Assembly (NCBI GenBank): GCA_041946805.1
Contig: JBHGBC010000006.1
Coordinates: 1 to 64,000 of the forward strand
DNA length: 64,000 bases
Origin: a bacterium
GTDB lineage: Bacteria; Hinthialibacterota; Hinthialibacteria; Hinthialibacterales; Hinthialibacteraceae
Direction: 5' to 3'
Part shown: positions 50,896-61,350 of the stretch, in pieces
Numbering within the stretch: the stretch's first letter is position 1
Layout of the letters: each line of letters begins with the position of its first letter
Notes under the pieces: model-generated
What the model was told of the DNA's origin: nothing
What the model saw: only the letters and a program-made list of their open reading frames with translations
The model's database searches: none
Position numbers and translations under genes: made by a program

Positions 50896-51018
50896 CTCGT
50901 TCCCTTACGTTAAAGGGATGATTATAGGGACAATACGGGGGAAAAACCAATGACCCGCGCGAAAAATCCAGAGTCGTTATTCAATGGTGCTGGATCATTC
51001 CCGCGGGTTCATAAAAAA

Positions 51019-51266
51019 GGCTCATCCGATATATGCGTACATTTTTCCGGGAGCGAGACCGGACATCGATTAGACGGATTGGAGAGATCTACCCGAAATC
51101 CCCTCTCCCTCTGGGAGAGGACCAGGGTGAGGGAAAGCCTTTCCTCGGCGCCGATCCTCTCCGTTCGTTCCCTAACGCTGAAGGGAATGAAAATATTTTC
51201 CTTCGGTTCAGAGTCAGAGTATTGAAATACGTTTTTTCCCTCCTGTACGCATTGGCCGGATGAACC
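51019..51266. mobile_element. MITE-like element, copy B
   Basis: Colinear with 6597-6839; ends GGCTCATCCG ... CGGATGAACC. Confidence 0.75.
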
Positions 51267-51431
51267 ATAAAAAAGCGTATCGTGGATCACTATCCCCTTG
51301 ATTCGCGGCCACTTCATGGTAAAATTGTACATGATTGTCCAGTGTTGTCAATGTTTTTCAAGATGGGAACAAGATGGGAAGATGAGAATGGCTTGTGGAT
51401 CTTTTATGAATTTTGCCTCATAAAAGGAGCC

Positions 51432-51659
51432 ATGATGATGATCGATGTCAACCAAGAATTTCAGCTTCAGGTCGGCGATTACGTGAACATTGACCACCAG
51501 GAAACCCGCCGGGGGGCGGTCGAATCCATCCGTATCATCTCCGAAGGGCGTCTGGTCCAGGAATTCAAGGGGGCTCCCGAGCGGGTCATGGTCACGGTCA
51601 ACATGCGGGAGGGGATTGTGAACCGCCGGGGGATCGATATCACACCCATCGTGTACTGA
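51432..51659 (+). CDS. Small (75 aa) hypothetical protein, SH3/KOW-like pattern
   Basis: AAGGAG RBS; LQVGDYVNI..RRGAVESI; GC3-rich codons in an AT-richer surround. Confidence 0.65.
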   Translation: MMMIDVNQEFQLQVGDYVNIDHQETRRGAVESIRIISEGRLVQEFKGAPERVMVTVNMREGIVNRRGIDITPIVY

Positions 51660-52324
51660 TCGGCGGAGAAAGTGTAAAGACTCTAGACTCGAGCGTCTCT
51701 CGAGGCGCAAGGATCGGCTGAATTGGACTTACCATCTGACTGAATGGTTTTCACGTTCCGGCCGGTGCGTGAGATCATTCAATCTTTCTTTTTTCAAATC
51801 TTCTTTTCCTCCCTTTTTTCCAGCTTTTTTTTCAAAACACACCCCTTTTGAAACTCCGTGGCCCTCTCTGATTTATTCAGCCCGTGCAGTCATTCTGGAT
51901 TAATGATGCCTCGACGGCCGCCTTCCCCAGGCCGGCATGGATGAGAATGGATTGGGCAGGGGGCAATCACAAATTCTTTGGGAATGACCCCGTTAGTAGC
52001 AGTGTGAGCTACAGTAACCTGGATTTGTATTCGGATGGATTACTTTCGTCTATTCCTCCAGGAGGCATGTCGGGAATCCTAGGGCTAGGGATTTGGATTT
52101 CTATGATTTAAAAAACGTTCGTGTGGTTTCCAGGTATTTTGTGGGGCATTCTGATTTTGGTACTTTCTTTGCTCCAGTAAGTAATGCAACGAACAACCGG
52201 ATCGTGAGATCAGTCTCACGCCGGATTCTTTTGCCCTGTTATGGATCACCTGGGATCAGATCTTGTACTCATGCAAAGGATTGAGCGCGATGCCATAGAA
52301 TACCTGTCTTCTACCGATTTTTCA

Positions 52325-52420
52325 CGCCTGACAAAGGCAAACCATCCGAAAGGATGGGACGCAAAGCATCTGGCCTAACTCCACGAAATATCGTGGACAG
52401 GGCAGCAGGGCCGCCGGGCG
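52325..52420 (+). ncRNA. c-di-GMP-I (GEMM) riboswitch
   Basis: GGCAAACCATCC-GAAA-GGATGGGACGCAAAGC..GGCCTAA..GGCAGC.GGG.CGCC consensus; P1 CGCCTG/CGGGCG; G at the position-20 equivalent; 70 nt upstream of an ATG. Confidence 0.92.
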
Positions 52421-52489
52421 GAGCAGTCCTTCTACCAATACTGCTTCTCGCACGGTCATCGTTTGAACATTGGCAGAGGGGACTCTCTC

Positions 52490-55228
52490 ATGAAAAACGT
52501 TCATTCAGGATTTGCTCGATTTTCTTCCTGCCTGCTTTCTTCCACTCGCATCATGATCGTTTCCGGATTTCTGACCGCGATCCTATGTCCCACGGGATGG
52601 GCGGAACAAATTACTCTTTATTGGCAACCGAATGCCGGCGATCCGCCGGAAGGATACAACGTGTATTGCCGTCCGGCGTCCGGCGCGTTTCAATTGGTGA
52701 AAGACGCGGGAACTCAGACCTCCACCACGGTGATGAACCTGGAGCAGGGGAAAACGTATTACTTCGCGGTGAAAGCCTATAATGTGTACGGCAAGGAAAG
52801 CGATTTTTCCGAGGAAATCGCGTATACGGTTCCGGTTCCCGGCGCTCCCACGCCGACCAGCGAGCCGATGGAACAGCCCACCGCGACCTCCACACCCACT
52901 TCTTCCGCGGCTCCAAACCCGGTGGTAACGCCGACGAACACTCCCATGCCGGTGAATACCCCGACGAACACGGCCGTGCCGACGAAAACGGCGACCTGGA
53001 CGCCAGTTCCAACGGCCACGCCGACATCGACGGCCACGCCGGTTCCGACAGCCACGCCGACATCGACCAAAATCCCGGTCCCCACCGCGACGCCCACCGC
53101 CACACCGACCGTCACGCCAACGCCGCAACCGGTGGAAACGCCTCCGGATTCCTCGCCCGCGGATGTATTGACGGCGACCTTCGAGACGAACAATTTCAGC
53201 GAATGGGATCAGGAGACCGACTCGGGGAATGACTTGAAGATATCCACATCGTCTCCCTATAGCGGGTCGTATTGCGCCCAATTCACCTATAATGATACCA
53301 ATCCGGAGTATCTCAGCGCGGCGGTCGGCGAAACCGCGGAAGGCCGGATTGCGTTCCAGATCCGGTTCAATCTCAATAACAAATGGAGCAACCTGCCCAC
53401 CGCCTTCTTGAAGCTCTACTCGGAAAATGGCATGGAACTGCTGTCCGGCGAGTATTTATATCAAGACAAAAAGATCAAATATTTCAGCCGGATCCGGACC
53501 GTGGAAGGCTGGAACGAAGGCGCGTGGAATGTCCTGACCGCGGACAGCAATTGGCACCGGTTGGAAATACAATTCAAGATTCACGATACCGATGGATACC
53601 AGCGGGTGTTGATCGATGGCCAGGTGGTTCACGAAGCCGCCGGCTTGCGCACCAACGCCCTGGCCGGACAAGGCGCCGTGAACCTGCGCGTGGGTAATAT
53701 TTCCGGCCTGCGCAACGGCGTGAACAGTTCCTTTTATTTGGATAACGGACGCTTCACCCGGGTGGCGGGAACCAGCGGCCTGACTGCCCAATCGCCCATT
53801 CCCACCAATACGCCGGCGGTGAATCCGGCGATTCCGTCCGGCTTCATCCTGGCCGACGTCTTCGATTCCGGTTTCGAGACCGGGACTTTTTCGGACTGGA
53901 ATGGCGAGAAGGATCTGGGCAACGACCTCGGGATCTCGTCGACCGGGCCGCATAGCGGCCGGAGGACCGCCAAATTGATCTATAACGATCAAACGCCCGA
54001 ATACCTGATCAAGAATCTGGAGGAACTGGGCGAAGGCGCCATCGCGTTCTGGATCAAGTTTGATTTGACCGGCGTGTGGAACTCCGATCCAACCACCTTG
54101 TTGCAGGCCTTCAACCAGGACGGAACCGAGTTGCTGTATGGTGGATTCAAATACGCCGAGGGCGGCATCCAGTATTTCAGCCGGTTGCGCGTCTTTAACA
54201 ACTGGGATGAGAGCGTCTGGCATCCGCTGACGTCCGACAGCCAGTGGCACCACATCGAAGTGCAATTCAAGATTCACCCCACGGATGGCTATCACCGGGT
54301 GCTGATCGACAACCGCGTGGTTCATAGCATGGCGGGGCTGGCGAGCGATGTGTTTGACGGCCTGACGGTGAACAAAATGACGTTGGGATTTTCCTCCAGT
54401 CTGCGGGAAGGGGTTAATGGCACTCTGTATATCGACGATGTGAGCGTGGCCACCCGGCCGGGGGATGGCCTCGTCCTGGGGCAAATGGAAATGCCGCCCA
54501 GCGGCGCGGCCGGCGATGAGCCGGAGGACCCGCCGGTTCCCACGGCCACCCCGACCCCCACTCAGACCCCCACAACGGCTCCCACACTGGTGCCGGTACA
54601 GCCTCAGTTGCCGGATTCGGAGTCCACGCGGAGTATCGGGTTCGAAACGGCTGACTTTTCCGAGTGGACCGGGAAGGTGGATACAGGCAATGACTTGAAC
54701 ATCTCGGTGTTTAATGCGCATGGGGGTACCAAATCCGCTCTGTTTTCCTGCGACGACCTGACGCCGGAGTACCTGATCCAAGACCTGAACCAGGCCATGG
54801 AAGGCCGGATCAGCGTCTGGTTCCAGTTTGATTTGAGCGGGCAATGGAACACCGCCTCCACGCCGGTGATCAAAATATACAATGCCAACGGGATCGAGCT
54901 GCTTTCGGGGGAGATCAAGAGGGAAGGGGGCGTAATCCGGTATTACAGCCGCTTCCGCGTGTATGGAGGTTGGGATGAAAGCGTGTGGACGAATCTGGCC
55001 GCCGATTCGAAGTGGCATCAGTTGGAAGTGCGCTACAAGATCCACGCCACGGAAGGCTATCACCAGGTGTGGATTGATGGAGCGCCCGCGCATCAATCGG
55101 CGGGACTCAACAGCGACGTTTTCAACGGCGCGCCCGCGGGAACGCTGCACCTGGGTTCATCTCAGAACCTGCGGGAAGGAACCAATGCCAACTATTTCGT
55201 GGATGATGTCACGATCGGCAAATTCTAA
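52490..55228 (+). CDS. Secreted protein: FN3 domain, PT linker, three tandem LamG/lectin-like domains
   Basis: LYW..N...[21 protein letters not shown]3; three repeats FET..FS.W...D.GNDL.IS ... WH..E...KIH.T.GY..V.ID ... Y.DD. Confidence 0.75.
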   Translation: MKNVHSGFARFSSCLLSSTRIMIVSGFLTAILCPTGWAEQITLYWQPNAGDPPEGYNVYCRPASGAFQLVKDAGTQTSTTVMNLEQGKTYYFAVKAYNVYGKESDFSEEIAYTVPVPGAPTPTSEPMEQPTATSTPTSSAAPNPVVTPTNTPMPVNTPTNTAVPTKTATWTPVPTATPTSTATPVPTATPTSTKIPVPTATPTATPTVTPTPQPVETPPDSSPADVLTATFETNNFSEWDQETDSGNDLKISTSSPYSGSYCAQFTYNDTNPEYLSAAVGETAEGRIAFQIRFNLNNKWSNLPTAFLKLYSENGMELLSGEYLYQDKKIKYFSRIRTVEGWNEGAWNVLTADSNWHRLEIQFKIHDTDGYQRVLIDGQVVHEAAGLRTNALAGQGAVNLRVGNISGLRNGVNSSFYLDNGRFTRVAGTSGLTAQSPIPTNTPAVNPAIPSGFILADVFDSGFETGTFSDWNGEKDLGNDLGISSTGPHSGRRTAKLIYNDQTPEYLIKNLEELGEGAIAFWIKFDLTGVWNSDPTTLLQAFNQDGTELLYGGFKYAEGGIQYFSRLRVFNNWDESVWHPLTSDSQWHHIEVQFKIHPTDGYHRVLIDNRVVHSMAGLASDVFDGLTVNKMTLGFSSSLREGVNGTLYIDDVSVATRPGDGLVLGQMEMPPSGAAGDEPEDPPVPTATPTPTQTPTTAPTLVPVQPQLPDSESTRSIGFETADFSEWTGKVDTGNDLNISVFNAHGGTKSALFSCDDLTPEYLIQDLNQAMEGRISVWFQFDLSGQWNTASTPVIKIYNANGIELLSGEIKREGGVIRYYSRFRVYGGWDESVWTNLAADSKWHQLEVRYKIHATEGYHQVWIDGAPAHQSAGLNSDVFNGAPAGTLHLGSSQNLREGTNANYFVDDVTIGKF

Positions 55229-55277
55229 AAACGGCCGTCAACCGGCATGTCCCTTTTGGATCAAGGAGTCTTGAAAC

Positions 55278-57032
55278 ATGATCAGGCAACCATGGATTCA
55301 ATCCATCCGTTATATCTTGATGGGGGCGGCGGTTTTCGTTCTGGCGCCCCAGACCTGGGCCACGGATTATTATGTCGACGCGGTCCAGGGCAACGACGCG
55401 GGCGGCGGCACGAGTGTCAACGCGCCGTGGAAGTCCATCGCCAAAGTGAATTCGCGTTCCTTCAATCCGGGCGATCAAATTCTCTTCAAACGCGGCGGCG
55501 TATGGAAGGAAATGCTGGTGGCGCCTTCCTCGGGTTCCGCGTCCAATCCGGTCACCCTCGGGGCGTACGGCTCGGGTGACAAGCCGGTTATCACCGCCGT
55601 GGACGCGATTCCCGGAGGAAAAACCGCCGGGACCTGGACCAACCTGTCGGGCAACGTGTGGTATATGTCGCTGGCGGCCGATCCCCTGCGGGTGTTTTTG
55701 AACGGACAGGAGTACGGCCGGGCCCAGACTCCCAGCGCGCCCAACGCCACCTTGCGTTACGGTTATGACAGCGCGGCGAAGCGGCTGTACCTGTACGCCA
55801 CCGCCAATCCCGCTTCGGCCTATGCCACCCTGGAGCATGCGGCGGCCCGCACCCACGCCCTCCGGACGAACCAGAAAAATTACCTCGTCATCCGGGACCT
55901 GGACTTGCGCGGCGGCGGCGTTGCGTCCCTGGAATTCGCCGAATCCAATTTCATCACCGTGGACGGTTGCGATATCGGCTGGAATTCGGGAAAGTTCGGC
56001 ATTCTGGCGCATGGCTACGGGGCCAGCAAGGTGAGTCTCAACGGCGTGATCCGCAATTGCCTGTTGGATTCCGGCAGCCGCCTGCGTTCTCCCTATCACA
56101 TCAGCCCCGAGATTCCCCACGACGGCATCAAATTGCGGTACGGCTGCCAGAATTGGGAAATTCATCACAACACCCTCCGGGATTGGGGCCATACCGGCAT
56201 CTATGTGACGGGGGATGCGGGGTATCAGACGAAGAACAACAAGGTGTACTCGAATTATTTGACCGCGCCCGATATCGATTATGGACGCGGATTGAGCATC
56301 GACGGGCCGGATGGAACCTGTTTCAACAACGAGATGTTCTTCAACTCGGTGATCGACACCACCTGCCGGAATCAGATCAACGGCGACCACAATCTGTTCT
56401 ATTACAATATCATCGCCGGCATGACCAATGTGGCCTACGCGGCCAACGGCACGGCCCAGGGAATCAGCTCGGAAGGATATACCGGCTGGGCCAGCCATCA
56501 CAACCAGTTCTTCAACAACCTGATCCTGAATTGCGACGAGGCCGGCATCAAGGTGTGGGGATTCACGGGCGCGACGGACAAGTACGCCAATGAATACCGG
56601 AACAACATCGTGTACAACTGCGGCCGCAATTCCAAGGACAACTACAAGAACTTCGGGATCGTCATCGAAAACCACACGACGGTGAAAAACAACATCTACA
56701 CCAACAACCTGGTTTTCCAACCCGCCGGAATCACCAACGTGGTCAACTACCGCGGCACGGCCATGAGTGTCCCCACGTTCAACAGCCAAAATGGGAAAAA
56801 CGGCGACACCGCCGCCGGCAACCTGTTCGGCGATCCGCTGTTCACCGACCTGGCCGGAGGCGACTATACCCTGCAAGCGAATTCCCCCGCCATCGACGCG
56901 GGAATCCCGGTGGGATTGAACCAGGGCCTGGGCGGGGTTTCGGTTCCGTACGGTTTGACCGTGGACATCGGGCCGTATGAGTATGTCCCGGTCCCCCTGC
57001 CGCCCATCGTGGAGCGTATCGTCCCGAATTAA
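55278..57032 (+). CDS. Secreted right-handed beta-helix protein
   Basis: TDYYVD...GND.G.S...PWKSI.KV, PGDQILFKRG..W, Asn-rich beta-helix repeats, DP.F....DY.L..NSPAIDAG..DIG.YE. Confidence 0.8.
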   Translation: MIRQPWIQSIRYILMGAAVFVLAPQTWATDYYVDAVQGNDAGGGTSVNAPWKSIAKVNSRSFNPGDQILFKRGGVWKEMLVAPSSGSASNPVTLGAYGSGDKPVITAVDAIPGGKTAGTWTNLSGNVWYMSLAADPLRVFLNGQEYGRAQTPSAPNATLRYGYDSAAKRLYLYATANPASAYATLEHAAARTHALRTNQKNYLVIRDLDLRGGGVASLEFAESNFITVDGCDIGWNSGKFGILAHGYGASKVSLNGVIRNCLLDSGSRLRSPYHISPEIPHDGIKLRYGCQNWEIHHNTLRDWGHTGIYVTGDAGYQTKNNKVYSNYLTAPDIDYGRGLSIDGPDGTCFNNEMFFNSVIDTTCRNQINGDHNLFYYNIIAGMTNVAYAANGTAQGISSEGYTGWASHHNQFFNNLILNCDEAGIKVWGFTGATDKYANEYRNNIVYNCGRNSKDNYKNFGIVIENHTTVKNNIYTNNLVFQPAGITNVVNYRGTAMSVPTFNSQNGKNGDTAAGNLFGDPLFTDLAGGDYTLQANSPAIDAGIPVGLNQGLGGVSVPYGLTVDIGPYEYVPVPLPPIVERIVPN

Positions 57033-57095
57033 GGCGGATCGCGGGCGGGGCGTTTTCCGCCATCCCATGTGATACATTCCCATCGAGACATGAAG

Positions 57096-57125
57096 AAGGG
57101 GGCTTTTCAGATGAAAAGCCCCCTT
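57096..57125. terminator. Hairpin between convergent genes
   Basis: AAGGGGGCTTTTC-AGAT-GAAAAGCCCCCTT perfect stem. Confidence 0.7.
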
Positions 57126-57191
57126 TGCTCATTGCTCATTGGTGTCAAAAGCGCTCTGCCTGGGCCAGGGGGGAGGGGAATCAGCCGGGAT

Positions 57192-58298
57192 TCACTTCGG
57201 GAAGTATTGTTTGATGGCGTTGGCCACGGCTTGGATCTGCTCCGGGGTCAATTCGGCGAACATGGGCAGGGATACTTCTTGCGCGGCGCACCGTTCCGTG
57301 ACCGGCAAACTGCCTTCCTGGTAGCCGAGCGCGCTGTAGGCGTCCTGGAGATGGACCGGAACCGGATAGTGGATTCCGCAGTGGATGTCCTTCTTTTCGA
57401 GCGCTTCCAGGAAGGGAGCCCGGTTGGCGGTGTGGATGGGGTAGATGTGATACACGTGCCGGCGTTGCGCCGCTTCGGCCGGCAACTGAATGCCTTCCAC
57501 GCCAGCCAACAATTCGTTGTACAGCGCCGCGTTGCGCCGCCGCGCCTCGGTCCATTGGGGCAGGTGTTTCAGTTTGACGCCCAGCACCGCGCCCTGGAAG
57601 CCGTCCATACGCGAGTTCCAGCCGATGATGGAATGGTAGTATTTCTGCCGCTGGCCGTGGTCGCGGAACATGCGGATGCGGGCGGCCAGTTCGTCGTTGT
57701 TGGTGACCACGGCCCCCGCTTCCCCATATGCGCCGAGGTTTTTGCCGGGGTAGAAGCTGTAGCAGCCCGCATCGCCCATCGAGCCCGCCCGCCGCCCCTT
57801 GTATTCCGCGCCATGGGCTTGCGCGGCGTCCTCGATCACGAAAAGGTTGTGTTGCCGGGCGATTTCCAGGATGGGATCCATGTCCGCCAACTGGCCATAG
57901 AGGTGCACGGGGATGATGGCCTTGGTGCGGGGCGTGATGGCCGCCTCGATCAGGGCGGGATTCATGGTGAATGTGCGGTCCTCGATGTCGACGAAGACCG
58001 GCTTCGCTCCCGCGAAACTGATCGCCTCGCAGGTGGCGATAAACGTATGGGCCACGGTGATCACTTCATCCCCGGGGCCCACCCCCAATCCCAGCAGGGC
58101 GGTCCACAGCGCGTCGGTGCCGCTGCCCACGCCGATGGCGTGCCGGCATTGGCAATAGGCCGCGAACGCGTCCTCGAACCGTTTGACGAAAGGACCGCTC
58201 GCGAAGGCCGTGTTTTCCATGACCTGCTTCAGTTCCTCCAGGATCTCCTCCCGGATCGACTCGTATTGGATTTTCAAATCTAGAAATGGTACCTTCAT
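57192..58298 (-). CDS. DegT/DnrJ/EryC1/StrS sugar aminotransferase
   Basis: SGTDAL, GPGDEVI, PVHLYGQ, IEDAAQAHGA, SFYPGKNLGAYGEAG. Confidence 0.95.
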   Translation of the reverse strand: MKVPFLDLKIQYESIREEILEELKQVMENTAFASGPFVKRFEDAFAAYCQCRHAIGVGSGTDALWTALLGLGVGPGDEVITVAHTFIATCEAISFAGAKPVFVDIEDRTFTMNPALIEAAITPRTKAIIPVHLYGQLADMDPILEIARQHNLFVIEDAAQAHGAEYKGRRAGSMGDAGCYSFYPGKNLGAYGEAGAVVTNNDELAARIRMFRDHGQRQKYYHSIIGWNSRMDGFQGAVLGVKLKHLPQWTEARRRNAALYNELLAGVEGIQLPAEAAQRRHVYHIYPIHTANRAPFLEALEKKDIHCGIHYPVPVHLQDAYSALGYQEGSLPVTERCAAQEVSLPMFAELTPEQIQAVANAIKQYFPK

Positions 58299-58918
58299 AC
58301 ATTTTTCCTTTTTTCCATAAAGGTTGAGCGGGCTTATTATACTTATCCAGTTGTATAAGAAAAGGATCGCTTATCCTGGCACGGATTTCTCTTTGGCCGG
58401 CTGGTTACTTGTCCAAGGATGGAGGAATTGCCTCGCATTCCTGGAGAAACCGTCAAGATGGCCGGAGGAAACCCTCCGCAATGACTTGCTTTCCCGGATC
58501 GGGAACCGTTCGAACTTGGAAAGGGTATACCGGAATAGGCGCCTGATGGATATTTTATCCAGCCGGAAGAGTAAGGGCAACTTTTTTCGGGGCAATTATA
58601 TTGACAAAAATGATAAACATTATAGATTATGTCTGGTTCAAGCGGGAATTATAAACCAGAAATTGGATCCCAGGATTTAGGCAAAAGGGGCACGGATTAG
58701 TTATATTGTATTTTAACATCACTTTTTTTTACTAACATAGTTACCTTCGGGATTTCTGGCATCAAGTATTCTCTCACGCAAGTCACGGCGGCGCGTACGA
58801 CACCCAAATTCATAGCAGGGAATGGATCATTCTGCCTGCATCGCGATCCATCATTCGACGATCCGGCGGGGAATCGCCGCATCCTTGGGAATTATGCTGG
58901 CGGCAGAGGAGGAGAACC

Positions 58919-60127
58919 ATGCTTCGGAAAACCATCCAGTTGTTTTCCCGGTTCATGATGCAACGAAAATATCAAAAACAATTCCAGATGATCCGCCCGC
59001 CGGTGGAAACACGGCGCATCATCGACCGGGAACGGTACCGTGCGGACCGCAATGGGCATGAGCTGTCGTTGATTGTGTTCCAGATCGATCCGGGAGACGC
59101 GTCTCTCGGGAAAAATTGCCATTTCTTGCATCTCCTGTCCCGGCGGGTGCGCTGTTACGACGAAATCGGCTGGTACGATCCGTCGCATATCGTGGTGATT
59201 TTGCCCTATACCTCGACGTGCGGAGCCAAAAAACTGGCGGAGGATATCGGCAACACCATGGTTCCTGTGTATGAACCGTTGCCCTATTCCATTTACAGCT
59301 ATCCTTCCGATTGGCTGATCTCCCACAATCTTCTTCAATCCAAAGGCGAATTCAACCCAGGTCCGGTCTCCGAGGTCCACCGGAATGGGCCGGTGAGGAT
59401 GTCCGCGGTTTCACCGTCTCTGGAGAAGCGGCAAAACGGCGCCGGTACGCCCACGTATTTCATCCCCCCGGGAATCCAGTGGCCACTCAAACCGAGGCCG
59501 GCGCTCGATCCTGAAACCTTGTTTGTCGACCCGCTGCCATTCTGGAAGCGGGCGGTGGATGTGCTCTGCGCCACGGCGGCGTTGGTGGTGTTGTCGCCCA
59601 TGTTGCTGACCGTGGCGGCCGCCATCAAATGGACCTCCCCCGGCCCCGTCTTTTTTGTCCAGGAACGGACCGGACACAACTGCCGGCGGTTCACGATGTA
59701 CAAATTCCGGACCATGGTCGATGGGGCCAGCGCCATGCTCGACCAGGTGCGGCATCTCAACGAGATGAACGGGCCGTTGATCAAGATCGAGCGCGATCCC
59801 CGGCTCACCCCGATCGGCGGATTTCTGCGCAAAACCAGCCTGGATGAATTGCCCCAGCTCATCAACGTGCTCAAGGGAGACATGACCTTGATCGGACCGC
59901 GGGCCTTGTCGCCGAAGCCGTCGGAATATGACCGCTGGCAGTTGCCGCGGTTCAAGGTGGTTCCGGGCATCGCATGCGCCTGGCAGGCGGAACGGCGGGG
60001 GGACGTGGATTTCAACGAGTGGATGCGCAGCGATTTGAAATACATCCGGGACATATCGCCCTGGAATGATCTCTGTCTTTTGTTCCACACCCTCAAGGGC
60101 GTGGTGTTGTGCCGGGGCGGGCGTTGA
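58919..60127 (+). CDS. Degenerate GGDEF-like domain fused to a priming phosphoglycosyl transferase
   Basis: N-terminal RERYRADR..LSLIVF.ID..RVRCYDEIGW..VILPYT..GA..LAE; C-terminal KRAVD, SPGPVFF.QER.G, KFRTM, DPRLT, SLDELPQL; GAGGAG RBS. Confidence 0.88.
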   Translation: MLRKTIQLFSRFMMQRKYQKQFQMIRPPVETRRIIDRERYRADRNGHELSLIVFQIDPGDASLGKNCHFLHLLSRRVRCYDEIGWYDPSHIVVILPYTSTCGAKKLAEDIGNTMVPVYEPLPYSIYSYPSDWLISHNLLQSKGEFNPGPVSEVHRNGPVRMSAVSPSLEKRQNGAGTPTYFIPPGIQWPLKPRPALDPETLFVDPLPFWKRAVDVLCATAALVVLSPMLLTVAAAIKWTSPGPVFFVQERTGHNCRRFTMYKFRTMVDGASAMLDQVRHLNEMNGPLIKIERDPRLTPIGGFLRKTSLDELPQLINVLKGDMTLIGPRALSPKPSEYDRWQLPRFKVVPGIACAWQAERRGDVDFNEWMRSDLKYIRDISPWNDLCLLFHTLKGVVLCRGGR

Positions 60128-60234
60128 GAGCCGGGTTATACGGCGGGATCGTGTGGCCCGGCGGGGGAACGGAGTGTTCTTCACCGGGGGGATTACGGGA
60201 TTATTCAAAAGCGGGGCGATCACACCCATAAGCG

Positions 60235-61344
60235 ATGATAGAACTGATAATAACCTGGGATTATGAACTGCCGGCAGATGGCCGAGGGGATATCCGCCGG
60301 CATATTCTCCAACCCACAACCGATTTGCTGAACGCCTGCAGCCGCCATGGGGCCCGGTTGACCATTCTGGCCGAAGCGGGCGAGTTCATGGCCATGGAGA
60401 GGCAAGAGAACCGGGGTTACCGGGAATCGTTGGGGTATGACCCGGTGGCGATGATCAAACAACAATGGATCGACGCCGTGCGGGGGGGCCATGACGTTCA
60501 ACTGCACTTGCATCCCCAGTGGGTCCACGCGCGCTGGAAGGACGGTCAGTGGGATCTGGATTACGCACATTATCAATTGATGGATTTTGATCAGGACCGG
60601 GCCGTTGCCGTATTGATGCAAGCGCGGCGCTCCCTGGAGGAAGCGATCGCGCCCCAGGCGCCCGGGTACGAATGCATCGGATTCCGGGCGGGCCATTGGA
60701 ACACGCATCCCGCGGAACGCTACCTGGCCGCGCTGCAAGCGGCGGGACTGAAGTCGGACACGTCGGTCTTCAAGGGGGGATACGCCCACAGCAGCATGGT
60801 GACCTTTGACTACCGCCACGCGGACAGCCACTACCGGGCATGGCGCACGGACGGGCGGGACATCAACCGCCGGTCATCCGGCCCGGGGATTCTCGAGGTG
60901 CCCATCGCCGCCGTGCCCGCCACGCTGTGGGGCATGTTGACGTTCAAGCGGATCTGGAGCGCCATGTCATATCTGCAAGAGGACCGTTTGAATCAGCGCT
61001 TGATCCAAAACCGAAAGAATCCCCCTCCCAATGGCAAAAAAAAGAGCCGGCTGCGGAAATTGTTTCAAACCGTCCCCAAGAAGTTGGATTTTTGCAAACT
61101 GACCGTCCGCGAAATGCGGACCATCACCCGGCGGATTGTCCGGGATCACGCCGGGGAGGCGGACGAACCTGTCCCCCTGGTGATGATCGGCCATTCCAAG
61201 CAGGCCGGAGCGGACAAGGCGTTGGGAAGCTATTTGGATCTCGTCCGGCGCGAGTTCGCCGGTGTGATTCGCTTTTGCTCCTACAGCGATTTCATCCGGA
61301 AGTATGAGCAGTTTGAAGTTCCATCCGTTCCCACGAAAAGGTAA
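60235..61344 (+). CDS. Polysaccharide deacetylase-like (NodB fold) protein
   Basis: TWDYE, GHDVQLHLHPQW, FRAG.W, DTS, LEVPI. Confidence 0.7.
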   Translation: MIELIITWDYELPADGRGDIRRHILQPTTDLLNACSRHGARLTILAEAGEFMAMERQENRGYRESLGYDPVAMIKQQWIDAVRGGHDVQLHLHPQWVHARWKDGQWDLDYAHYQLMDFDQDRAVAVLMQARRSLEEAIAPQAPGYECIGFRAGHWNTHPAERYLAALQAAGLKSDTSVFKGGYAHSSMVTFDYRHADSHYRAWRTDGRDINRRSSGPGILEVPIAAVPATLWGMLTFKRIWSAMSYLQEDRLNQRLIQNRKNPPPNGKKKSRLRKLFQTVPKKLDFCKLTVREMRTITRRIVRDHAGEADEPVPLVMIGHSKQAGADKALGSYLDLVRREFAGVIRFCSYSDFIRKYEQFEVPSVPTKR

Positions 61345-61350
61345 ACGAAA

